From NCBI GenBank assembly GCA_028719205.1, contig JAQUKH010000006.1, positions 1-64,000 on the forward strand: 64,000 nt of DNA, read 5' to 3'. This document shows positions 47,626 to 57,363 of the stretch, piece by piece (the first letter of the stretch is position 1; every line of letters starts with the position of its first letter). Below the pieces are notes generated by a model. It was not told the DNA's origin, searched no databases, and was given only the letters and a program-made list of their open reading frames with translations. Position numbers and translations under genes: made by a program. The stretch comes from a bacterium. GTDB lineage: Bacteria > JACRDZ01 > JAQUKH01.

Positions 47626-48255
47626 ATGAAAATAAAACACAATATCAAAAATCTGCGAATTTTGCTTCCGGTTTTTATTTTTTGCCTCCTCTCGGGTTGC
47701 TTAAAAGGTTCAACTAAACTTTCTCCTATTGATAAAGACGCCGTAGTACTTGCTTTTGGAGACAGCCTCACATTCGGCACGGGCGCGAAAATAAACGAAA
47801 GTTACCCCGCGGTTTTGGAAGGCCTCATTAACCGCAGAGTTATTAACGCTGGAGTGCCGGGAGAAGTTACACAAAACGGGCTTGAAAGGCTTCCTGCTTT
47901 GCTTGATGAATATCATCCTGCCTTGCTGATCTTATGCCACGGCGGGAATGACCTGCTCAGGAGGATGGATGAAAAACAGGCGATTAATAACATTAAAGCA
48001 ATGATAAATCTTGCTAAAAGCAGGAATATCGATGTGGTCCTTATCGGTGTTCCAGAATTTGGTTTATTTTTATCAAGCGCCGGATTCTATAAAGATATCG
48101 CGGAAGAATTCAATATTCCATATGATGATGAAATACTGCCTGAAATTATAAGAAAACCCGATCTGAAAAGTGACCAGATCCATCCGAATGCGCAAGGCTA
48201 CATAAAAATGGCCGAAACACTGGCGAAATTGCTTAAAAAATACGGGGCAATTTAG
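47626..48255 (+). CDS. GDSL/SGNH arylesterase lipoprotein (TesA-like)
   Basis: Lipobox LSGC, FGDSLT, NAGVPG, GGND, DQIHPN. Confidence 0.9.
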   Translation: MKIKHNIKNLRILLPVFIFCLLSGCLKGSTKLSPIDKDAVVLAFGDSLTFGTGAKINESYPAVLEGLINRRVINAGVPGEVTQNGLERLPALLDEYHPALLILCHGGNDLLRRMDEKQAINNIKAMINLAKSRNIDVVLIGVPEFGLFLSSAGFYKDIAEEFNIPYDDEILPEIIRKPDLKSDQIHPNAQGYIKMAETLAKLLKKYGAI

Positions 48256-48866
48256 CTGATTATTTTTTTTATTGTTCTTGCCATGATCCTCGCGTTTTCC
48301 AGGTCTTCGAGCGTATTTACGTTAAAGAAACTTTTTCCTTCACGGTCATATTTTTTTAATTCAAGTTCCTGAACATATTTAGTTTTTAAATGAGATGTGA
48401 TATCAAGCACCTTTAGTTTATTGGTGCTTATCTGGTTTTCAATAACAGGAAGGCAGTTTTTTGAATAGAAACCATGGAGAGGCATTAATTGTCCCTGCCA
48501 GCAAGGGATCAAAAGGTTGCAACTTGAAAATTTCGAATAAAGAAAGCTTATAACGTTTTCATTAAGAAAAGGGAGGTCGCAGGAGACAACAAAATTATTT
48601 TTTGTCTCTGAAATACTTAGCCCTGTGAGAATTCCTCCAAGGGGGCCTTTGTCAGGAATGATATCTTTATATATTTTTAAACCTGAAGACCTGAAAAGAA
48701 CCGGATTGTTGGCAATGATGATGATCTCTGAAAACAATTTTTGTAGAACATCAAATTCTCTTTCAAAAATTGTCTTATTAGCGACATCAACAAAGGCTTT
48801 ATTTTGGCCTAAACGGCTTGATTTTCCGCCGGCCAGGAGAATGGCAGTTGTATCGGTTAATTCCAT
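48252..48866 (-). CDS. mobA: Molybdenum cofactor guanylyltransferase
   Basis: LAGGKSSRLG.NKA, GPLGGI, SCDLPF, NVNT.EDL. Confidence 0.92.
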   Translation of the reverse strand: MELTDTTAILLAGGKSSRLGQNKAFVDVANKTIFEREFDVLQKLFSEIIIIANNPVLFRSSGLKIYKDIIPDKGPLGGILTGLSISETKNNFVVSCDLPFLNENVISFLYSKFSSCNLLIPCWQGQLMPLHGFYSKNCLPVIENQISTNKLKVLDITSHLKTKYVQELELKKYDREGKSFFNVNTLEDLENARIMARTIKKIIS

Positions 48867-49079
48867 TTATCCTTTTAATTCTTTTTTATCTTCAGTGGTT
48901 TTTGCGCTGTTTTCTTTAGCCTTTTTATCTTCTTCATCTTCACCGTTCATTGCCTTTTTAAAATTATTAACACCTTTTCCAAGGGCTTTTCCAACTTCAG
49001 GCAGTTTTCCAGGCCCAAAAATTATTAACGCGATAACAAGTATAATGATCAATTCGCCAATGCCTAAATTACCGAACAT
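48867..49079 (-). CDS. tatA: Twin-arginine translocase TatA/E
   Basis: [46 protein letters not shown]. Confidence 0.93.
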   Translation of the reverse strand: MFGNLGIGELIIILVIALIIFGPGKLPEVGKALGKGVNNFKKAMNGEDEEDKKAKENSAKTTEDKKELKG

Positions 49080-49085
49080 GTTTAC

Positions 49086-49161
49086 CTCCTTCAATGAACA
49101 CATCATCCCGGCTTATTTTCGGGATGATAGTGTGAATTGAACCCCGATGTAACATCGGGGT
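49086..49161 (-). repeat. Structured dispersed element, copy 2, ending in the SD of tatA
   Basis: Minus strand: CCCCGATGTTACATCGGGGTTCAATTCACACTATCATCCCGAAAATAAGCCGGGATGATGTGTTCATTGAAGGAG. Confidence 0.8.
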
Positions 49162-49177
49162 CAATGTGGACAACAAC

Positions 49178-49612
49178 TTATTTTTTATTATACACCTTTT
49201 CAGGGTCAAAAACTTTGCATTTTTTTATTATCGTAAGTTTATTCCCGTCAACTTTACGATAGAAACAGGTATTATATCCTGTATGGCACGCGGCGCCGCC
49301 TACTTGTTCAATCTTCAGGACTACAGCGTCAATATCACAATCAACAAGGATTTCTTTAACAATTTGTATATTTCCTGATTCTTCACCTTTCATCCACAGT
49401 TTATTGCGTGAACGGCTGTAAAAATGGGCCTTACCAGTTTTTAAAGTTTTATCCCAGGCTTCTTTATTCATAAACGCGAGCATTAATACTTCGTTTGTTT
49501 TATGATCCTGGATAACAGCCGTTATCATTCCGTTTAATTTGCTAAAATCAAGTTCCAGCATTAAATATTTCTCCTTTTTATCCCAAATTTCATTGTTTTG
49601 AATGTCCGTCAT
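49178..49612 (-). CDS. hisI: Phosphoribosyl-AMP cyclohydrolase
   Basis: [31 protein letters not shown]...CF. Confidence 0.93.
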   Translation of the reverse strand: MTDIQNNEIWDKKEKYLMLELDFSKLNGMITAVIQDHKTNEVLMLAFMNKEAWDKTLKTGKAHFYSRSRNKLWMKGEESGNIQIVKEILVDCDIDAVVLKIEQVGGAACHTGYNTCFYRKVDGNKLTIIKKCKVFDPEKVYNKK

Positions 49613-49678
49613 GAATAATATAGCATATTTTTGTTTAATTGACTATGTCCATTCAGAATAGTCTCTTTCCCGTTTTCT

Positions 49679-50497
49679 TCATTTTTCATTTGCCGGTGTT
49701 TCAGAAATTTGTTTAGCAATTTCCGTGATATCGCTGGCTGGCAGGATCACCGGCATAAAACCGCCCGCGCCTGAACCTGAAAACATGGAACTCATAATAT
49801 TTGTACTTGATTGGATCGTGCGGAACACAAAGATCCCTATGCATTTACCGTCAAGTGAAAATGCCGGAGTACCTATCCCGGTCGCTCCGGAGACAATATA
49901 AAACAGCCTGGGTTTTTCAATAACAGCTTCAATGCGTCCCAACACTATGGAAGATGTCCATGAGGCAATTTTCCCTAAACGGCTTAAAATGATAATTTGA
50001 TCCAATGGCTGTAATTGTATTGTTTCTTTTATGTTTGCCGATGGTAACGCGGCAACCTTTTCGGCAGGCTGAATAAAAGCCAAGTCCAGGTCTTTATCCC
50101 TTAAAACAATTTTTCCCGGGATCTCCTGTCCGTCATTCAAATGTATTTTAATATCACTGATCTCGCTTTCCCATTTTAATTCAGATGTTTGCATAGAACT
50201 GCTTTCAGATATTTTGTTCATTAACACAGAAGGTTCAGTAGTCATAAGTGAAACAACGGTAAGGCCGGAAGGATCGATCACTGTTCCTATGATCTCAGAG
50301 GGAGTTTCACTATTGCCGAATTCTTTGCCCTGCATGGTCATTTTTTGTTTGATCACCAGTTTTACTATCACTACACTGTTCTCAAATTTAGTTTTTACCT
50401 CCCTTGCCTGTGAAGCTATGTCGTCGGCATATACCCGGGTCTGGAATAAAAAAGCGGTTATAATAAGACCAATCATGATTTTTTTTGCATTGAACAT
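49679..50497 (-). CDS. Secreted trypsin-like fold protein, apparently lacking the catalytic His and Ser
   Basis: GTVIDPSG, D...DLAFI and G.PAFSLDGKCIGI align with the HtrA fold. Confidence 0.65.
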   Translation of the reverse strand: MFNAKKIMIGLIITAFLFQTRVYADDIASQAREVKTKFENSVVIVKLVIKQKMTMQGKEFGNSETPSEIIGTVIDPSGLTVVSLMTTEPSVLMNKISESSSMQTSELKWESEISDIKIHLNDGQEIPGKIVLRDKDLDLAFIQPAEKVAALPSANIKETIQLQPLDQIIILSRLGKIASWTSSIVLGRIEAVIEKPRLFYIVSGATGIGTPAFSLDGKCIGIFVFRTIQSSTNIMSSMFSGSGAGGFMPVILPASDITEIAKQISETPANEK

Positions 50498-50506
50498 TTT
50501 TTCTCC

Positions 50507-52573
50507 TTATTTTTTCCCCCAATCCGGTTCAGTTTCAATAAAATTATAGCTGATATCCCTGAGCACCTGAAAAACCACATATTTTGGTTTATCCTGAGAG
50601 ATCTTTTGCATAACATTCTTTAATTCAAAAACATCTTTGATTTTTTCGCCGTTTATAGACACGATCAGATCATTTACCGCCATATAAGAAAGCCTGGCCC
50701 AGCCGCCTTCACTTACGCCTGTTACCAGCACTCCATTCTGTTTTTCTTCCCATTTTTCCTGCACCTGGTCAAAAAATGTTATGTCCCTGGCGGCAAATTC
50801 AAAATTATTGTCCTGGTATTTTTTCATTTCGCGGTCCAGTTTTGGCGATGGAACGAGTTCTACTTCTATTTCTTTTTCTTCTTTTCCCCGCAATATATTT
50901 AATTTCACTATGCTTCCGATCTTATATTGCCTGATTAAATTCTCAAAGGTTTCTACATCCTCGGGTTGATTCGCGGTAACCGGTTCTTTGTCGAGAAATA
51001 CAATAATATCTCCGGTCATTAACCCGGCTTTTTCAGCGCTGCTTTTTGGATAAACCATCGTAACCCGTACACCCGCGTTATATTTATTTAAATCCATAAT
51101 TTTCGCGATATCTTTTGTTACGGCCTGGAATTTCGCCGGAAGCCACGCTTTTCTTGCTTCTCTTCCAGGATCTTCCAGATTTTTTATCCCAAGTTTTACA
51201 ACAGTTACAAATTCTTCGGATTTTCTCTCGAAAGATACTTTTACGGGAACGGGCTCGGTTTTATCTTTTACAATATCGGATGTGATTTTCAGAAGTTCAT
51301 CTATATTTTTTATAGGGGTGTCTCCGATCCCTGTGATAATATCCTGCGATTGAATACCCGGTTTTGCTTCGCCGCATGGCCCGCCTTGTCTTGTATTATT
51401 AACAATAACTCCGTCCCTGCTTTCTCTTTTTAATTCTTTTGCCGTAAGCAGAGAAATGTTATTGGCGGTCATTCCCCATTCTTTTAATTCGTATTTTTTC
51501 AATTGGGCATTCTCTCTTTTTATAGTGGACATACTAAATATATTTTCTTTGCCGTCACGTAAAACAACAGAGTCTATTTTCGATCCGACAGGTAAATTAG
51601 CGATTAATTTATTAAAGGCCGGAAGTTCTTCCACTGAATTAGCCGATACTTCGGCTCCGGCAAGTTTTACCAGAATATCTCCGGGTAATAATCCCGCTTT
51701 TTCAGCTGGAGAATCTTTTATCGTACTGCTTACAAGAAGGCCTTTTTTAACAGACGATGATTTTAAGAGAGGCTGGACGTTTAAACCGATCCAGCTTCTT
51801 TCTATTTCAGATGATTGAATTATTTTTTCCGCCGACTCCCTGGCGATATTTCCCGGGATTGCTCCGCTTAATCCAAAACCTATTTCATTTATCCCGATAA
51901 TTTCCCCGTCAAGATTGACCAGCGGCCCGCCTGAATTTCCGCCGTAGATCGCCGCGTCATGGCCGATCCATTTAATAAGCGTTCCGACATCTTCGCCGTC
52001 CAGGGTAAACCTGTTGAACGGCCAGAAAAGCTGGGGCATGACCATTTCGGTGTTACTGATAATCCCTAAGGTAACAGATTGTGACAATGCCAGGGGGCTT
52101 CCCATCGCGAGGCAGTTATCGCCAACTTTTACTTTTAAAGAATCTCCGAAACTCGCCGTGGGAAATTCTTTCATTTTTTCAGATTTTAATTTAATAACAG
52201 AAATGTCGGTCAGTGCGTCCGTGCCGATAAGTTCCGCCTCTACTTCCTCCCGGTTTGACATTGTGCATACGATGCGTTTTGCCTTACCGGCTACATGATG
52301 GTTTGTAACCGCGAATCCGTTTTTACTGATAATAACGCCGCTTCCGGAGGCTTCGTGTTTTTCCTCCCTTCCATCATCATATTCCACGAAAACGACATGG
52401 ATCCTGACAAGCGCGGGTTTAACCTTCGCGATTGCCTCTGTTATTTTCTCATGCAGTGACCCGGAGATCTCCCTGGAATCAGGCGCGTAATATTTTTTCC
52501 CCGCGCAGGAAAGGCTTGTTAATGTGATAATTATAATAATAACTAATTCTTTTATTTGGGATTTTGAGAGCAT
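50507..52573 (-). CDS. HtrA/DegP-like serine protease with about four PDZ domains, probable lipoprotein
   Basis: GSGVII, TNHHV, TDISV, GNSGGPL triad; repeated SPAEKAGL..GD PDZ motifs; LSC lipobox-like sequence. Confidence 0.9.
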   Translation of the reverse strand: MLSKSQIKELVIIIIITLTSLSCAGKKYYAPDSREISGSLHEKITEAIAKVKPALVRIHVVFVEYDDGREEKHEASGSGVIISKNGFAVTNHHVAGKAKRIVCTMSNREEVEAELIGTDALTDISVIKLKSEKMKEFPTASFGDSLKVKVGDNCLAMGSPLALSQSVTLGIISNTEMVMPQLFWPFNRFTLDGEDVGTLIKWIGHDAAIYGGNSGGPLVNLDGEIIGINEIGFGLSGAIPGNIARESAEKIIQSSEIERSWIGLNVQPLLKSSSVKKGLLVSSTIKDSPAEKAGLLPGDILVKLAGAEVSANSVEELPAFNKLIANLPVGSKIDSVVLRDGKENIFSMSTIKRENAQLKKYELKEWGMTANNISLLTAKELKRESRDGVIVNNTRQGGPCGEAKPGIQSQDIITGIGDTPIKNIDELLKITSDIVKDKTEPVPVKVSFERKSEEFVTVVKLGIKNLEDPGREARKAWLPAKFQAVTKDIAKIMDLNKYNAGVRVTMVYPKSSAEKAGLMTGDIIVFLDKEPVTANQPEDVETFENLIRQYKIGSIVKLNILRGKEEKEIEVELVPSPKLDREMKKYQDNNFEFAARDITFFDQVQEKWEEKQNGVLVTGVSEGGWARLSYMAVNDLIVSINGEKIKDVFELKNVMQKISQDKPKYVVFQVLRDISYNFIETEPDWGKK

Positions 52574-52666
52574 TTGTTGTTTTGTCCTTTTCTTTTATAT
52601 CATTTAAAAATATAATAATGTATTCTATCATTTATTTTCCCTTCGTCAAATGGTTTTATTGAATAG

Positions 52667-53566
52667 TCAATTTTTTTGGGTATCAAGAGCCGCTTTCAAA
52701 CCTTTCGAGAGATCACCCGCCGGACCGGCACCCCAGAAATGCAGGAAAATCATCCTTGGATCTTCCATAAGCATATGGTTATGGATCGATACAATGTTTA
52801 TTTTGGCATTACGCAAAGCCTTCAATACATCTTGGACTTCCTGTTCAAGCATTACAAAATCACCGTCCACAACCGCTTTATCATCGCTGCCCGCGAAAGC
52901 AGCCCAGGTATTCACGCCCATTGTTTCTCCCATTTCATCATCATTCATTTTTGTTGTACGTCCGATTATAACCTTATAAACACCGTTTTTAAACTCTCCC
53001 TTTTGACCGATGATCTCTTCAATTTTCTTCGGGTCAAGCGTGCTTCCGGAAGGATCCAGGGTAGAAAAAGGTTTCTCGCCTTTTCCCCCGGAAGTTTCTG
53101 TTATTTTTTTAAACATTTTTCCTATTGCCCCGGCCAGCTTTTCCGTCGTACTACTTCCGTCGAAATGCATGAACATGACACGTGGTTTATCCCACAGGAA
53201 ATGATTATGCAGGGCCGTTACTTTAAGCCCGTTTTCGAGCATGGTATCCATTACGGGATTGACCTGATCTTCAAGCAGGACGGTGTCTCCCATAACCACG
53301 GCGCTGTCATTAATGATCTTAAAAGCGGCCCAGCTCGCGAGTCCCATCGAAACCGGCAGGTTTACACCTGCTACATTGACCTTTATATCCGAACGGGGGA
53401 AATTTACTTTGTAAACATTTTCTTTTTCCGTAAATTCTCCATGCGCGTTAGTCAGCCTGTCGATCATATCAAAAGTTGATTGTTCGATCTTTGCCCCGGC
53501 GGAAAGCCCGCCCGGCAAAAAAACAAACACAAAAAACATAACGATTAAAACTATATATTTTTTCAT
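52667..53566 (-). CDS. DUF1259 (LppY/LpqO-like) two-domain secreted protein
   Basis: Repeated WAAF...GD..L...V...ALHNH/IHNHM...P...F.HF. Confidence 0.85.
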   Translation of the reverse strand: MKKYIVLIVMFFVFVFLPGGLSAGAKIEQSTFDMIDRLTNAHGEFTEKENVYKVNFPRSDIKVNVAGVNLPVSMGLASWAAFKIINDSAVVMGDTVLLEDQVNPVMDTMLENGLKVTALHNHFLWDKPRVMFMHFDGSSTTEKLAGAIGKMFKKITETSGGKGEKPFSTLDPSGSTLDPKKIEEIIGQKGEFKNGVYKVIIGRTTKMNDDEMGETMGVNTWAAFAGSDDKAVVDGDFVMLEQEVQDVLKALRNAKINIVSIHNHMLMEDPRMIFLHFWGAGPAGDLSKGLKAALDTQKN

Positions 53567-53587
53567 ATTGCTCTCCTCTCTTTTTTT

Positions 53588-54310
53588 TCATTCAAATACA
53601 AAAGGCGTCAGAAGTTTTTTTATAAAAGGGGTTTTTGGATATCTCATTATCTCACCAATATTTCCGATCTGTTCGATCTTCCCATCGATTAAAATGGCAA
53701 TGCGTCCAGCTAGGAAGATAGCATCCTCGTGATTATGTGTAACAAGGATCACGGGAATATGAATTTTATTAAAAAGCTCTTTCAATTGTTTCGCGATATC
53801 TGATTTTGTGACCTGATCTATATTTGAAAGAGGTTCGTCCAGGAGAAGCAGGCATGGTTCTATCGCCAGGGCGCGCGCCAATCCGACTCTTTGTTTTTCG
53901 CCTCCCGAAAGTTCCTTTATTCTCTTTTCCTTATAATTTTCGAGTTCTACCAGTTTAAGCATCTCAATGGACTTTTTTTCTCTTTCATTTTTAGGAATGC
54001 CCCTGATCCGTAATCCATAGGAAACATTTTCCATGACATTAAGATGCGTAAAAAGCCCATAATCTTGCGGCAAATATCCGATACAGTGTTCCTCTATGCT
54101 GGTATTTGTTATGTCCCTGTCATTTAAAAATATTCTGCCTTTTCCCGGGGGAATGATACCTAATATAGTAAGCAGGAGTGTGCTTTTCCCGCTTCCGGAA
54201 GGCCCCATTATGATAAGAGTTTCTTTGCCTTCAACATCGAGTGAAAGCCCATTTATTACTATTTTATCAGCGTAACCGGATTCAATATTTTGTATTGATA
54301 GGCCTTTCAT
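53588..54310 (-). CDS. ABC ATP-binding protein (ModC/CysA-like)
   Basis: GPSGSGKS, LSGGEKQRV, LLLLDEP, VTH. Confidence 0.88.
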   Translation of the reverse strand: MKGLSIQNIESGYADKIVINGLSLDVEGKETLIIMGPSGSGKSTLLLTILGIIPPGKGRIFLNDRDITNTSIEEHCIGYLPQDYGLFTHLNVMENVSYGLRIRGIPKNEREKKSIEMLKLVELENYKEKRIKELSGGEKQRVGLARALAIEPCLLLLDEPLSNIDQVTKSDIAKQLKELFNKIHIPVILVTHNHEDAIFLAGRIAILIDGKIEQIGNIGEIMRYPKTPFIKKLLTPFVFE

Positions 54311-54314
54311 TCAA

Positions 54315-55088
54315 TTAATCTCCACTTGTTGTAAAATATTTAAAGGAAACAAGCGCAAGGGTTGAAGCCGTAGTTGCTAGAATTGTCGCGGCCAGAACCT
54401 CAATTGTAAATGTCTTGACTTGTTCACCTATAAATGTAGGTATGATTTCTGTTTTAAACGGGATAACTCCAGCAAAAACAAGGCTTCCGCCGAGTTCTCC
54501 CATTGCTCTCGACCAGCATAAAGAAACACCGGCTGCGATATCCTTTAAAGAAAGAGGCAGATAAATGGTAGTAAATACCTGGAAACGGTTCGCGCCTAAC
54601 GACCGGGCGGTCAGATTGATTCCGCTGTTTCTTATCTCGCGGAAACGCCGGACAGTGAAAGAGACGACGAAGGGACAGGAGATAAAAAATTTGGCAATAA
54701 CAAGAGAGGCAAAAGTAAAGGCAATGTTCACGTGAAAGGGCGAATCAGGGCCGAGCATGAGAAGAAAGATAACGCCCTCGGCTACCGGCGGAAATGTCTG
54801 CGGGACATCAATTGCAAATGCTTCGAACAGGGTTTTTCCTTTAAATTCCCTTGTAGCTAAAATATAAGCAAGAGGGATCCCGAAGATTATGGCCAGGAAC
54901 GTTGTAACAAAAGCTGAAAGAAGGCTTAACCATAAAGCCGAAAGGATGCGGGAATTTCCAAATGCAGGCAGAACTTTTTTAAGAGAACCAAGCGCGGCTA
55001 TATATTGATATAGAAAAGTTGAGATCGAAAAAAACAGAAGTAAGATGGATAAAATGTAAAGTATAATGATCAGGTTTTTTGATCTCAT
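54315..55088 (-). CDS. ABC permease (ModB/WtpB-like oxyanion transporter)
   Basis: P..FPP.A.G, ARSLGA, WSRAMGELGG motifs; ATG 55088 with SD GGGAG. Confidence 0.8.
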   Translation of the reverse strand: MRSKNLIIILYILSILLLFFSISTFLYQYIAALGSLKKVLPAFGNSRILSALWLSLLSAFVTTFLAIIFGIPLAYILATREFKGKTLFEAFAIDVPQTFPPVAEGVIFLLMLGPDSPFHVNIAFTFASLVIAKFFISCPFVVSFTVRRFREIRNSGINLTARSLGANRFQVFTTIYLPLSLKDIAAGVSLCWSRAMGELGGSLVFAGVIPFKTEIIPTFIGEQVKTFTIEVLAATILATTASTLALVSFKYFTTSGD

Positions 55089-55131
55089 GTATTTCTCCCG
55101 CCTTACACTATTGATTTCTCCCAAACTTTTA

Positions 55132-55257
55132 TTAGAATTTTCCGTTACTGTTTTTCCAATTTTCTTTTTTCGGGATTTCCTCGATGGTATCCCAATGTTC
55201 AACGATCTTTTTATTCTCGATCCTGGTCACTACTTTTTCCTTATTTGATAGATCCAT
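55132..55257 (-). pseudogene. 41-aa ORF: in-frame internal-deletion remnant of a SnoaL-like/ester-cyclase family gene
   Basis: SD GGGAGG, then MDLSNKEKVV|TRIENKKIVEHWDTIEEIPKKENWKNSNGKF; KIVEHWD is the SnoaL-like C-terminal motif. Confidence 0.65.
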
Positions 55258-55269
55258 TTTTGCCTCCCG

Positions 55270-55755
55270 CTATTTCTGCTCATATGCCTGTCTCAAAGTT
55301 TTTATGTCAAGTTTTTTCATTTGAAGCATTGCGCCCATAACTCTTTCTGATCTCCTGGCATCTTTATCCCGCAGCATTTTGCTTAAAATAACGGGAACGA
55401 TCTGCCAGGATAAACCATATTTATCTTTGAGCCAGCCGCAGGGCCCTTCATTTCCACCTTCGGATAGCTTCATCCAGAACTCATCTATTTCTTCCTGCGT
55501 TTTGCAGTTTACAATTAACGATATGGCTTCGTTGAATTTGAATACCGGGCCGCCGTTTAACGCGATAAATTCCCGGCCGTCGAGCTTGAAGGTAATGGTC
55601 ATTACCGTTCCCTTTAGCCTTCCCGATGCCTTTGCCCCAGCTTCTCCATAACGGGTAATGTTTTCGATCTTTGAATTTTTAAAAATGGAGGCATAAAAAT
55701 TAACTGCCTCCTCGGCATTATTATCGAACCATAAGTTTGGAGTGATTTTTTGCAT
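55270..55755 (-). CDS. VOC-family protein (PhnB/3-demethylubiquinone methyltransferase-like)
   Basis: MQKITPNLWFD, ALNGGP.FKF.EAIS, CGWLKDKYGLSWQ. Confidence 0.9.
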   Translation of the reverse strand: MQKITPNLWFDNNAEEAVNFYASIFKNSKIENITRYGEAGAKASGRLKGTVMTITFKLDGREFIALNGGPVFKFNEAISLIVNCKTQEEIDEFWMKLSEGGNEGPCGWLKDKYGLSWQIVPVILSKMLRDKDARRSERVMGAMLQMKKLDIKTLRQAYEQK

Positions 55756-55917
55756 ATAGTTTCCTTTCAATTATTTTGTTAATTGATTTTCTTTCAATAA
55801 TATACCTTTCCAAAAATATATCCATTGGCTGTTTCCGCTTTTTTTTGATTTTTTTCCATATAATTATGCAGGTTCCATGATATTATTTAATGGATAAACT
55901 TAAGCAGGAGGTGGTGC

Positions 55918-56370
55918 ATGGTAACAAACCCGGAATTGGATAATTCAAAATCGGTATATCATGAACATTGGCATGTTTTTATTATACATTTCCCGATATC
56001 ATTTTTTGTTGCCGCTTTTGGTTTCCAGATCATGCATCTTTTCACCAGGCCGGAATGTTTTGAAGAGGCGACCAATGTGTCTTTGATCGCCGGGACCATT
56101 GTTATGATACCGGCTATATGGAGCGGCTGGCACACCTGGAAAAAAAGCTACAAAGGTGCTCATGTCCCGATATTTCAACGAAAGATCATAATTGCCTTTA
56201 TCATGCTGGGATTAAGCTTTGGCCTGACGATATGGCGTGTGTTCTTTATTGAAGTCTTTGTGCACAGCCTCATTAGTCCGGAGCATTGGGTGTACCTTAT
56301 CGGCAATACACTTCTGATGATGGGGGCTTCCGTGGAGGGATATTACGGGGGGCGTCTCAATCACCGCTAA
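55918..56370 (+). CDS. DUF2231-like membrane protein
   Basis: H...IHFPI, four TM segments, GYYGGRL. Confidence 0.7.
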   Translation: MVTNPELDNSKSVYHEHWHVFIIHFPISFFVAAFGFQIMHLFTRPECFEEATNVSLIAGTIVMIPAIWSGWHTWKKSYKGAHVPIFQRKIIIAFIMLGLSFGLTIWRVFFIEVFVHSLISPEHWVYLIGNTLLMMGASVEGYYGGRLNHR

Positions 56371-56385
56371 AAAGAAAAAATTCTT

Positions 56386-56904
56386 ATGATAAAGGGATAT
56401 TCGGATCTTGTTTTAGAAAGCAGGGGCTGTGACCCGGGAAGTATGGGGTTCAAGGCCAGGTTTAAATTTAATACTGATATTTCCTCATTATTTCCATATA
56501 TTAACGCGGTGGCAGAAAAACCATTATATTTTGATAAGCCGCATTATATTAAATTTACTTTTAATGAATTTCATTACGCGCTCTATCCGGATAATGGTTT
56601 TTTAGCGCTGGTAGAAAATAGGGCGCACGCGATTGAAGCAATAGAAAAGCTGATCGAATTTCTCAATGATATTTATTCCAGAAAAGATTCAATTAAGCCT
56701 GATCATAAGAAATTTAAACATATTCCCGCCCTGGATATTTATAAATTATTATCAAAAAGCAATTGTAAGAAATGCGGGTTCCAGACGTGTATGTCTTTCG
56801 CGGCGGCATTGGGTAAAGGAGAGGCCTCGCTCGATAAATGCCCCGATCTTTGTAATTTAAAAGGTGAAAATGTTATCAAGCTCAGATCAATGTTGTTTGA
56901 ATAA
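56386..56904 (+). CDS. Fe-S-binding protein (C-terminal CxxCxxxxC...CP domain)
   Basis: PYINA N-terminal domain; L.KSNCKKCGFQTCMSFAA...CP. Confidence 0.8.
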   Translation: MIKGYSDLVLESRGCDPGSMGFKARFKFNTDISSLFPYINAVAEKPLYFDKPHYIKFTFNEFHYALYPDNGFLALVENRAHAIEAIEKLIEFLNDIYSRKDSIKPDHKKFKHIPALDIYKLLSKSNCKKCGFQTCMSFAAALGKGEASLDKCPDLCNLKGENVIKLRSMLFE

Positions 56905-56933
56905 CAAAATTCGCTATAAGGAGGAGTATATTG

Positions 56934-57326
56934 ATGAACAACAACACATCATTTTTACTGCTTGGATTTATAGGTATTTTTGCCGGCCTGATAGCGGGTT
57001 TTTTCGGCCTGGGAGGAGGAATTGTCATTGTTCCGGCTTTAGTATATTTAGCCGGGTACTCGCAACATTTGGCAACGGGAACCAGTTTAGCAATCTTACT
57101 TCCGCCAGTAGGCCTTGCGGCAGTTATTGAATATTATCACAAAGGAAATGTTGATCTGCGTGCCGCGGTAATCATTGCCATATTTTTATTTTTTACTGTC
57201 TGGCTGTCATCCCACTTTGCCGGTAGAGTAAATGACTCATATTTAAAATTAATATTTGGAATATTTCTTGTTCTGATCGGTTTGTTTGTAGTGATTGACA
57301 GCATAATAATGATAAAAAAAAGCTGA
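56934..57326 (+). CDS. Half-size TauE/SafE (TSUP) family membrane protein
   Basis: G..AG.FGLGGG...VPAL, A.GTSL. Confidence 0.85.
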   Translation: MNNNTSFLLLGFIGIFAGLIAGFFGLGGGIVIVPALVYLAGYSQHLATGTSLAILLPPVGLAAVIEYYHKGNVDLRAAVIIAIFLFFTVWLSSHFAGRVNDSYLKLIFGIFLVLIGLFVVIDSIIMIKKS

Positions 57327-57363
57327 CAAAACACGCTTTAACGAGAGGAGTCAGGAAAAAATC

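Noticed and set aside
52676-53479. 267-aa ORF antisense to the DUF1259 gene
   Set aside because: Shadow ORF; the opposite strand carries clear family motifs.
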